This document shows positions 7,328 to 14,322 of a stretch of DNA of 16,100 nt, piece by piece. Both the position numbers and the translations under genes were made by a program. The notes beneath the pieces are model-generated. The model saw only the letters and a list, made by a program, of their open reading frames with translations. It did not search any database and was not told the origin of the DNA. Source of the stretch: Candidatus Diapherotrites archaeon CG10_big_fil_rev_8_21_14_0_10_31_34 (lineage in GTDB: Archaea; Iainarchaeota; Iainarchaeia; Iainarchaeales; 1-14-0-10-31-34); assembly GCA_002763225.1 (NCBI GenBank), contig PFAI01000004.1:1-16100 (forward strand), written 5' to 3'. Each line of letters begins with the position of its first letter. Positions within the stretch are counted from its first letter, which is position 1.

Positions 7328-9040
7328 TCACATATTATCTAAAACTTGTATTCCTAATAAATTTAATCCTTTTTTTAAAACAATTGAAGTGCTTTCAACT
7401 AAAGCAATCCTTGAATCACTTGCTTTTTCTTTTTCATCAATTACCCTGCAGTTCTGGTAAAAAACATTAAACGTTGAAGTTAAATCCAAAAGATAATGAC
7501 ATAAAATGTGCGGAGACAAAGAATCAAAAGAAAAAGAAATTTTTTCCGGAAACAATGAAAGCTTTGAAATCAGGTTTTTTTCTTCTTCAGTTAAATCCCT
7601 GAATTCAAATAATTTTTTGTTTTTCTTTTTTTTGCTTGTCTTTTTTAAAATACTTTTGCATCTGGCAAAAGCATATTGAATAAACACAGAAGTTTCTCCT
7701 TCAAATGAAATGCTTTCTTTTGGATTAAAATAAATGTCTTTCATTGCATCAGTTTTCAGCAGGAAAAATTTTATTGCGCCTAAACCAATTATTTCTGATC
7801 TGAAATTTAATTCTTTTTCTTTTAGTTCAGGATTTCTTTTAGTTAATTCTTTTTTTGACAGTTCAATTAGTTCTTCAATTAAATCATCTGCATCAACTAC
7901 TGTTCCTTCTCTTGACTTCATTTTTCCTTCCGGGAGAAAAACCATTCCATAACTGTAATGCAGGCATTTGCTGACCCAGTCAAAGCCAAGCAGTTCAAGA
8001 GATTTAAATAACTGTTTAAAATAAAGGTTTTGTTCTGAGCCGACAACCCAAATACTTTTTTCCAAAGGAAACTTTCTGAACTTTTCAGGAGTCAAAATCA
8101 GGTCATTGGTTAAGTAAATTGCTGTCCCGTCTTTTCTTAACACAACTTTTTTTCCTAAACCAAATTTATCCAAATCAACCACAATGTTTTGTTCCTGGTC
8201 TTTAACAAAAACTTTTTTTGTTAAACCTAACTCAATTATTTTTTTTGATTCACCAAATAACTCTGATTCCCTGTAAATTACATCAAACTCAGAACCAAAT
8301 TTTTTATAAGTCTCAAAAATTCCTTTAACACTCCAGTCATTCATTTTCTTCCATAACAACCAGGTTTCTTTGTCTTTTTTTTCCCATTTTTCAAGCAATT
8401 CCAATGCTTCTTTTTCTAATTCAGGATTTTCTTTTGCTTTCTGGTTAAATAAAACATAATAATCTCCGACAAAATGATCAGACTTTTTTTCCGGTTTTTT
8501 TCTTTCACCAAATTTTTGGTATGCAAGCATTGACTTGCAGATATGCACTCCCCTGTCATTAATCAGAATTGCTTTAATTACATTAAACCCATTAACTGAA
8601 TACAAATGACTTAAACTCATTCCAATTGAATCATTTCTTAAATGACCTATATGCAATGGCTTGTTTGTGTTAGGAGAAGAATACTCTATCATTACTTTCT
8701 TGTTTTTTCCAATTGAAGTTAAACCAAACTTTTCTTTTTCTTTTAAAATTTCAGGGATTAATTTTTTTGCTAAAAAAGAATAATCCAAAAAAAGATTTAA
8801 GTAAGGGCCTTTAGTTTCAGTTGAATTAATTAAACTAATTTTTTTTAAATCAATTTTTTCTTTGAATTCTGAAGCAATTTGTTTTGGGTCTTTCTTTAAT
8901 TCTTTTGATAATTTAAAGCAAGGAAAAGAATAATCTCCTAGTTCTTTGGATGGAGGAACTTCAAGCAAATCAAAAACTTTTTCTTTTTCTAGGGAAAGGA
9001 TTTTTGACAGCTCTGAAACTATTTCTTTCTTTAAATTCAT
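7328..9040 (-). CDS. argS: Arginine--tRNA ligase
   Basis: 'EYSSPNTNKPLHIGHLRN' (HIGH), 'GKMKSREG', 'SFEGET...IQYAFAR', C-terminal 'LLGI...M'. ATG 9040 is preferred over the TTG at 9064. Confidence 0.97.
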   Translation of the reverse strand: MNLKKEIVSELSKILSLEKEKVFDLLEVPPSKELGDYSFPCFKLSKELKKDPKQIASEFKEKIDLKKISLINSTETKGPYLNLFLDYSFLAKKLIPEILKEKEKFGLTSIGKNKKVMIEYSSPNTNKPLHIGHLRNDSIGMSLSHLYSVNGFNVIKAILINDRGVHICKSMLAYQKFGERKKPEKKSDHFVGDYYVLFNQKAKENPELEKEALELLEKWEKKDKETWLLWKKMNDWSVKGIFETYKKFGSEFDVIYRESELFGESKKIIELGLTKKVFVKDQEQNIVVDLDKFGLGKKVVLRKDGTAIYLTNDLILTPEKFRKFPLEKSIWVVGSEQNLYFKQLFKSLELLGFDWVSKCLHYSYGMVFLPEGKMKSREGTVVDADDLIEELIELSKKELTKRNPELKEKELNFRSEIIGLGAIKFFLLKTDAMKDIYFNPKESISFEGETSVFIQYAFARCKSILKKTSKKKKNKKLFEFRDLTEEEKNLISKLSLFPEKISFSFDSLSPHILCHYLLDLTSTFNVFYQNCRVIDEKEKASDSRIALVESTSIVLKKGLNLLGIQVLDNM

Positions 9041-9137
9041 GTTACCCAAAATATCTTGAAGCAAAAAAGTTAATAAAGTAAAAGATTTGCTTTAGAATGT
9101 AAATAAGTTTTTATAGTAGTTTTAAAGTATTAATAAC

Positions 9138-10106
9138 ATGATCAACCAGACAGTGTTAAAGACACAGGATATTTCTAAGGCTTTTGGAAAACAAAAAGTT
9201 TTGGTTGACATTGACTTGGAAGTGTTTAAAGGAGAAATTTTTGGCTTGTTGGGGCCAAACGGAGCAGGCAAAAGCACTTTAATTAAAATCTTGAATGGGC
9301 TAAGCTCGCAGGATGCAGGCAAAGCAGTTTTTTTCGGAAAATTTAATCCAAAAGACTTGGAGTTAAGAAAAAAAGTTGCTTTTGTTCCGCAGGAAGACGC
9401 ATTTTACAGGTTTTTCACAGTAGAAGAAAACCTTTCTTTTTTTGGGTCATTGTATGGAATTAAAGGAAAAGAACTAAAAGAAAGAATTGATTTTTTATTG
9501 GGTTGGCTGAACTTAAGTTTTTTCAGGAAAAGAAAAGCAGAACATCTTTCAGGAGGATACAGAAAAATGCTGAATATAGCCTGTTCTTTGATTTATAACC
9601 CGTCATTTATTTTTTTGGATGAACCAACAGTTGGATTAGATCCTGATATGAGAAGATTGTTATGGAAAAAATTACTGGAATTAAAAGAAAAAGAAAAAAC
9701 CTTGTTTATTACAACGCATTACATGGATGAAGCACAAGAATTATGCAACAGAATTGCATTGATTTTAGAAGGAAAAATTGTTGTATGCAAAAGCCCTTAT
9801 GATTTAATTGAAAGTTTTGGAGGAGAAAAAAACTTTAAGTTTGAATTAGACAAGCCTCCGACAGAAAAAATTAAGTCAGACTTAAAGAAAGCTTTAGCAG
9901 GATCAGTTCACATTGAAGGACAAACAATAAGCATTGTGTATAAAGGAAAACAAGAAATGAATGCTTTATCTAAAATAAATAATTTGATTTCATTAAATGG
10001 TTTTACTATAACAAAAACAACAATAAAAGAACCAGACTTAGAAAACGTGTTTTTGAATTTAACCGGAAAAATTGAAGGAATAAAAAAAGCAGCCAAAGGA
10101 GAATAA
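9138..10106 (+). CDS. ABC-2 type exporter ATP-binding protein (DrrA/CcmA-like)
   Basis: Walker A GPNGAGKST, signature LSGGY, Walker B FIFLDEPT, H-loop TTH, C-terminal 'EPDLENVFL'. Confidence 0.95.
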   Translation: MINQTVLKTQDISKAFGKQKVLVDIDLEVFKGEIFGLLGPNGAGKSTLIKILNGLSSQDAGKAVFFGKFNPKDLELRKKVAFVPQEDAFYRFFTVEENLSFFGSLYGIKGKELKERIDFLLGWLNLSFFRKRKAEHLSGGYRKMLNIACSLIYNPSFIFLDEPTVGLDPDMRRLLWKKLLELKEKEKTLFITTHYMDEAQELCNRIALILEGKIVVCKSPYDLIESFGGEKNFKFELDKPPTEKIKSDLKKALAGSVHIEGQTISIVYKGKQEMNALSKINNLISLNGFTITKTTIKEPDLENVFLNLTGKIEGIKKAAKGE

Positions 10107-10174
10107 CAAATTTTTAGAAAAAAATTTTATCAAAAAAATGAAGAAAATGAAAAAAGAAAAAAAAGGAGAATAAA

Positions 10175-12040
10175 ATGAAATTATTTACAATAGCATTAAA
10201 AGAACTGAAATTAATTAAAACCCAAAAGATTTCTTTAATGTTGATATTCTTTTTTCCAATAATAACAATTCTTGCAATAGGCATTGCGTTTGGGAATGTT
10301 AATATTTTTACAGGAACTGGAACAGGTTTCTCTGAAGTTGAAATAGGAATTCTTGTTCCAGAAAACAATGACCAATCACAAGAACTTATTTCAAGTCTAA
10401 GACAATATGAAAGAAAAGCAGGAGAAGAAAAAGGTTTAATAAAATTAATTCAATTTGGTTCAGAAGCTGCATTAGAAGAAGCAATGAACAAACGAGATAT
10501 TAAAATTGGGATTATTGTAGGGAAAATAAATAAAACAGATGAATCAGTTGACCTGGAATTAATTTATGATAACTCTACTTTGCTTGAAACACAAGTCACT
10601 TTGTTTGTAACTGAAACAATTTTAAACGAAGTAAGCTACAGAAAAGCAACACAGATATTAAAGGAAATGATTTATAATATTGAAACAATTAAAACAACTG
10701 TAAGCCAGGAAATAAACACAATACAGAATTTCATTAATCAACTGGAAAGCACTAAAAACACTTTAGATAACCTTGAATACAAAGTTAATGCAATTGACTT
10801 GACTTCAATGAAATCCCAGTTAAATGAATTTGATTCATATTATGTTGACGCAAAAAACACTATTAGTAATACAAGAAATGAAATTTATCAAGCTCAGTCA
10901 AATCTATCTAATTATAAAACTAAAATCCAAAACGAAAGAAACAAATTAGTCAGCTACAGAGACCAGCTTCAGTCATTGAAAACCCAGTTAACCAGCATCA
11001 GAAACAATGCAAACTCATTAGGTGTTCCGGCTTACCTGATTAACCAGATTATTTCAGCTGAAAACCAGATTGATTCATTGATTTATGAAATGAGTCAAAC
11101 AATAAATGAATTAGATCAAGCAGTAATTGATATTGACACCACGCAGACAAAATTAAGCCAAACATTAAATGATTTAACTAAAGTTGGCTCTCAACTGGAT
11201 TCAGCTAATAAAAGTGTTCAGTCATTTAAAACCACAATTAATTCAATGGAATCCACTTTAAATGAAATCAAGTCAATGGTTTCAGAAACAAAAGCTTCAA
11301 GAGAATCAATTTTATCTGATTTGAAGAAAACAAAAAATCAGATGCAGGAGCTTTCAGCTAAACTGGATAATTTGAGTTCTGTTTCACCTGATGCAATTGT
11401 AAGGCCATTAAAAATAACCAAAGAACCATTATATGCTTCAACTGAAGTTTCAGTTATTACTCCGATGGCAATAGCAATAGTATTATTGTTAACTGCTTTA
11501 TTGTTGACTAGTATTTCAACTATTTTAGAGAGAAATCAGGGAGCAGAATTAAGAGCTAAACTTTCTCCTACAATGAATTTAACCTGGATTTTAGGAAAAA
11601 TTTTAGGACAAATAGTTTTTGCTTTATTTGAAACAGCATTAATTTTAATTGTAGCTTTTATTGGATTCGGAGTAGTGCCTTTGGGAAACCTTTTTGAATT
11701 GTTTTTGGTGTTGGTTTTAATTTCTTTTATTTTTATTTGTATTGGATTATTTATAACTAATTTTACCAGAACGCAGTCCACTGCAATCTTGTCTTCTTTA
11801 TTGATTAGTGTTCCATTAATTTTCTTAAGCGGAATGATTTTGCCAACTTCTTTTATGCCTAGTTTTGTCAGAGCGTTCAGCGAAGTTCTTCCGTTAACTG
11901 TTGCAATGAGTTTAATTACAGGCATTTTAGTGCGTGGCACTCCATTAATTTATTTACTGCCTGAAATCTTGCTTTTGCTTGTTCCTGCATTAGCAATAAT
12001 TGCTTTCACTTTAATCTGGCCAAAAATCCGGGAAAAATGA
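10175..12040 (+). CDS. ABC-2 type permease with a long extracellular coiled coil (YhgE/Pip-like architecture)
   Basis: N-terminal 'KELK' plus one TM helix, about 240 aa of heptad-like sequence, then about five TM helices with 'ERNQG', 'LGK', 'FLSG..LP..MP' and 'PLT' ABC-2 motifs; GGAGA SD. Confidence 0.88.
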   Translation: MKLFTIALKELKLIKTQKISLMLIFFFPIITILAIGIAFGNVNIFTGTGTGFSEVEIGILVPENNDQSQELISSLRQYERKAGEEKGLIKLIQFGSEAALEEAMNKRDIKIGIIVGKINKTDESVDLELIYDNSTLLETQVTLFVTETILNEVSYRKATQILKEMIYNIETIKTTVSQEINTIQNFINQLESTKNTLDNLEYKVNAIDLTSMKSQLNEFDSYYVDAKNTISNTRNEIYQAQSNLSNYKTKIQNERNKLVSYRDQLQSLKTQLTSIRNNANSLGVPAYLINQIISAENQIDSLIYEMSQTINELDQAVIDIDTTQTKLSQTLNDLTKVGSQLDSANKSVQSFKTTINSMESTLNEIKSMVSETKASRESILSDLKKTKNQMQELSAKLDNLSSVSPDAIVRPLKITKEPLYASTEVSVITPMAIAIVLLLTALLLTSISTILERNQGAELRAKLSPTMNLTWILGKILGQIVFALFETALILIVAFIGFGVVPLGNLFELFLVLVLISFIFICIGLFITNFTRTQSTAILSSLLISVPLIFLSGMILPTSFMPSFVRAFSEVLPLTVAMSLITGILVRGTPLIYLLPEILLLLVPALAIIAFTLIWPKIREK

Positions 12041-12053
12041 AAACAAAATATAA

Positions 12054-12146
12054 TTAATCCACTGAAGTAAACACTACAACAAAAATCATAAAAAAAACTA
12101 TAAAAATAATTAACGCAACCAAGGTAATCAAAGTATCTCTTCTCAT
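12054..12146 (-). CDS. Small single-pass membrane protein, 30 aa
   Basis: Manual translation MRRDTLITLVALIIFIVFFMIFVVVFTSVD*; TTATAAAA on - at 12172-12179, about 26 nt upstream of the ATG. Confidence 0.55.
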   Translation of the reverse strand: MRRDTLITLVALIIFIVFFMIFVVVFTSVD

Positions 12147-12208
12147 ATTCTTATTATTGTTTTAAGTAGTATTTTATAATTTCAGTCAAAAAGAATTAGG
12201 GTATGACA

Positions 12209-12320
12209 GCACTATCGAACGAAGTGAAGATAGCGCGCGTTGCTCGCGGGCGCAACAGCCGGACTGAGCAAAGCGAACGCCCTGTGCCGTTGCTCGCGAA
12301 TTGAACTGCGACGGCGAAAC
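12209..12320 (+). repeat. GC-rich composite of family-B hairpins
   Basis: GC-A-CTATC-GA-AC-GAA-GT-GAA-GATAG-C-GC (12209-12236); AACAGCCGGACTGAGCAAAGCGAACGCC (12254-12281); GTTGCTCGCG twice (12239, 12289); GCCGTTGC/GCGACGGC stem (12286-12315). Confidence 0.7.
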
Positions 12321-12386
12321 AGCCGGACAGAAGGTCGTGCATTTTGATTAAACTTTTCTTAAAAGTTTACGGGCCTGGGAGGATTC
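12317..12386 (-). repeat. att-like direct repeat: duplicated tRNA-Arg 3' end plus downstream flank
   Basis: 68/70 identical to 13472-13541, with 57 bp exact (12330-12386 = 13485-13541); includes the last 17 nt of the tRNA, breaking in the T-loop. Confidence 0.9.
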
Positions 12387-12401
12387 TCAATTAACTATTC
12401 A

Positions 12402-12474
12402 TTATAACTACTTTTCTTTCCGATATTGTAGTTATAAATTATAACTACTTTTTTTAAACTTTTTGTAGTTATAA
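12402..12474. promoter_or_regulatory. Double inverted-repeat operator-like array overlapping the fic promoter
   Basis: TTATAACTAC-N16-GTAGTTATAA occurs twice (12402-12437 and 12439-12474); TTTAAA at 12453-12458 lies in the second spacer, upstream of GTG 12481. Confidence 0.7.
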
Positions 12475-12480
12475 ATTTTT

Positions 12481-13449
12481 GTGGCTAAGGTAGTTAAAAG
12501 AAAAGTCAGCGAAAAAGAATACTTTTATTTAGAGAAGACGATCAGGATTGGAAAAAAGGTCAGAAAACTGTACAATTATTTAGGCAAAAAAATGCCTTCA
12601 AAAAAAGAGCTGGCTAAAAAAGAGAAGGAACTGGAAGAAAAGGCTTTGCTGAAATTTTATAAGAAAAGATTAAGTAAATTTAAGTTTTCTTTTCTTTCGG
12701 AAAAGGAAATAATTGAAGCCGAAATAATTAAAGCCAGTTTTTCTGAAAGATTCAGCAAATTAAGTGAAAAAAAGAAGAATGAATTCAATAAAAAACAAGT
12801 AATAGATTTTGTTTATACCACTTTAAGAACTGAAGGGGTTGATGTTGACTTTTCTGATGTCCAGACTGCGTTCACTATTCTCCAAAAGAAAAAAGGAGAA
12901 TTCACTTTTGACAAAAAAGTCATTATTTCTAGTGCAATGATTAGTGGACTGAATTTTCTGCCAAAAATTAAGATTAACGAAAAGGATGTGCTTAGATTAC
13001 ATGGGATTATTATGTCTTCTTTTGAAGATAAAAGTCCTGGACAGTTAAGGGATGACCAAAGAATTATTGCTAAATTTAATCCAGTAACATTTCAAAGCGA
13101 AGAAATAAAGTACAGGCCTCCGAATCCAAAAGATGCTGAAAAGAGATTTAAGGAATTTTTTGAATGGTTTAATGGAAACCAAGATATTTATCCTTTAGAG
13201 CTGGCCGCTCTGGTGCATCTAAAAATCTATTTAATTCATCCTTTTAAGGATGGAAACAAAAGAATCTGCAGGCTGCTTTTTAACAAAGTTTTACAGGATT
13301 CTGGTTATCCTTTACTTAACATTTCAAAAAAGACTTCTGATTATTTTAATGCTTTAATTAAATCAGTTGAAACAAAAGACGAAAAACATTTTGTTAAATT
13401 CTGCCATAAAACGTTTATTGAACAAGTGAAACACAAAAGAATCAAATAA
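12481..13449 (+). CDS. Fic/Doc family protein with an internal inhibitory motif and a basic N-terminal domain
   Basis: Fic motif HPFKDGNKRICR; (S/T)xxxE(G/N) motif TLRTEG; 'LHGII...PGQLR'; GTG start. Confidence 0.92.
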   Translation: MAKVVKRKVSEKEYFYLEKTIRIGKKVRKLYNYLGKKMPSKKELAKKEKELEEKALLKFYKKRLSKFKFSFLSEKEIIEAEIIKASFSERFSKLSEKKKNEFNKKQVIDFVYTTLRTEGVDVDFSDVQTAFTILQKKKGEFTFDKKVIISSAMISGLNFLPKIKINEKDVLRLHGIIMSSFEDKSPGQLRDDQRIIAKFNPVTFQSEEIKYRPPNPKDAEKRFKEFFEWFNGNQDIYPLELAALVHLKIYLIHPFKDGNKRICRLLFNKVLQDSGYPLLNISKKTSDYFNALIKSVETKDEKHFVKFCHKTFIEQVKHKRIK

Positions 13450-13524
13450 TTGAATTTCGTTAAGCAGAAAAAAACAGCAGGACCGAAGGTCGTGCATTTT
13501 GATTAAACTTTTCTTAAAAGTTTA

Positions 13525-13735
13525 CGGGCCTGGGAGGATTCGAACCCCCGATCCTCAGCTTACAACTTTTTCCAAAAGTTGTATCAAAAACAGTCCTTCG
13601 GACATCGCACAACAAAGTTGTGCGCCATAATAAAGATTGAAGGATTGCAGTGCGAGTTTATCTCGCACGTTTTGTTACACCTTTTGGAAAAAGTGTTTTA
13701 GAAGGCTGATACCTTATCCACTAGGCTACAGGCCC
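13525..13735 (-). tRNA. tRNA-Arg(UCU) interrupted by a 138-nt insert/intron in the anticodon loop (13561-13698 if at 37/38)
   Basis: Exon 1 GGGCCTG-TA-GCCTAGTGGATAAGGT-A-TCAGC-CT-TCT-A (13735-13699); exon 2 A-GCTGA-GGATC-GGGGG-TTCGAAT-CCTCC-CAGGCCC-G (13560-13525). All stems pair; CCA is not encoded. Confidence 0.92.
13563..13697. mobile_element. MITE/REPIN-like element forming the tRNA insert
   Basis: Inverted termini 13563-13589 and 13670-13696 (23/27 match), each self-palindromic; TTA direct repeats at 13560-13562 and 13698-13700; three internal hairpins. Confidence 0.55.
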
Positions 13736-13780
13736 TTGTATTAATTAAAAGTCATTGAAAAAATTTAAAAACAAGCGTTT

Positions 13781-14221
13781 TCATTTAACATTGAATATTT
13801 TATTGAATAAATCTTTTTCAGTGAATTTTCCGTTTTTTAGGTCTAAAAGCCAGACAAACAAGTTTTTGTCTGAAAATTCTTTTCCAAAGAATTTGAGTTT
13901 AGCTTTTTTGTGAAAAACTTTTTTTGTTGGTTTTCTGTAGAATTCCATTGAATTAAAAGGCAGAACAAAAATGAATTCATCTGCTTCTATTGCATATCTT
14001 AGTTTGTTTTTCATTTTGCCTTTTGAAGGCCTTGTTAAAACTTCTATTCCAATTAACTTGTTTTTTTTGGTTTCAACTAAAAAATCAAAACTTCCTTTAT
14101 TGCATAAATCAGGGTTGGTTTTTGATTGAATTAAAACAGTTTGTTCTGGACAGATTTTTTTTATTTCCAGTTCCTGATTGAAATGCATTTTGTTTAGTTC
14201 ATTGAAAGTGTATAAATGCAT
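13781..14221 (-). CDS. Hypothetical protein, PD-(D/E)xK nuclease-like fold; true start possibly upstream
   Basis: 'GSFDFLVETKKNKLIGIEVLT...KLRY...DEFIFVLP' fits a D...E-V-x restriction-endonuclease-like pattern but lacks the Lys; the frame is open upstream to 14293. Confidence 0.55.
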   Translation of the reverse strand: MHLYTFNELNKMHFNQELEIKKICPEQTVLIQSKTNPDLCNKGSFDFLVETKKNKLIGIEVLTRPSKGKMKNKLRYAIEADEFIFVLPFNSMEFYRKPTKKVFHKKAKLKFFGKEFSDKNLFVWLLDLKNGKFTEKDLFNKIFNVK

Positions 14222-14322
14222 TAAATTAGTTTTATTGTTGCCATTTATTTCGTTTCCGAATAAATTAATGCAAAATCCCTCAACAAATAAAACTCAAAAA
14301 AAGTATTTAAATCTTGCTTTAG

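Larger units (their letters stand above)
12317..13541. mobile_element. Minimal tRNA-integrated island (1155-bp unit) carrying only a Fic gene; no integrase
   Basis: Bounded by the 70-bp direct repeat overlapping the tRNA-Arg 3' end. Confidence 0.75.

Noticed and set aside
12200..12330. SRP RNA, tRNA or 5S rRNA in the GC-rich patch
   Set aside because: No SRP helix 8 motif, cloverleaf or 5S signature; the patch is built from modules repeated at 2153-2287 and 5457-5507.
12370..12386. Split-tRNA half
   Set aside because: Only 17 nt starting in the T-loop, with no complementary leader, and embedded in a longer DNA duplication; better explained as an att site.
13561..13698. Group I intron or box C/D guide RNA within the tRNA insert
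   Set aside because: Too short, with no recognisable P7/catalytic core; no RUGAUGA or CUGA boxes on the transcribed strand.
14294..14296. Genome-wide TGA recoding or selenocysteine
   Set aside because: TGA acts as a normal stop for argS, the permease and the 13781 gene; no internal TGA occurs in conserved genes and no SECIS is evident.
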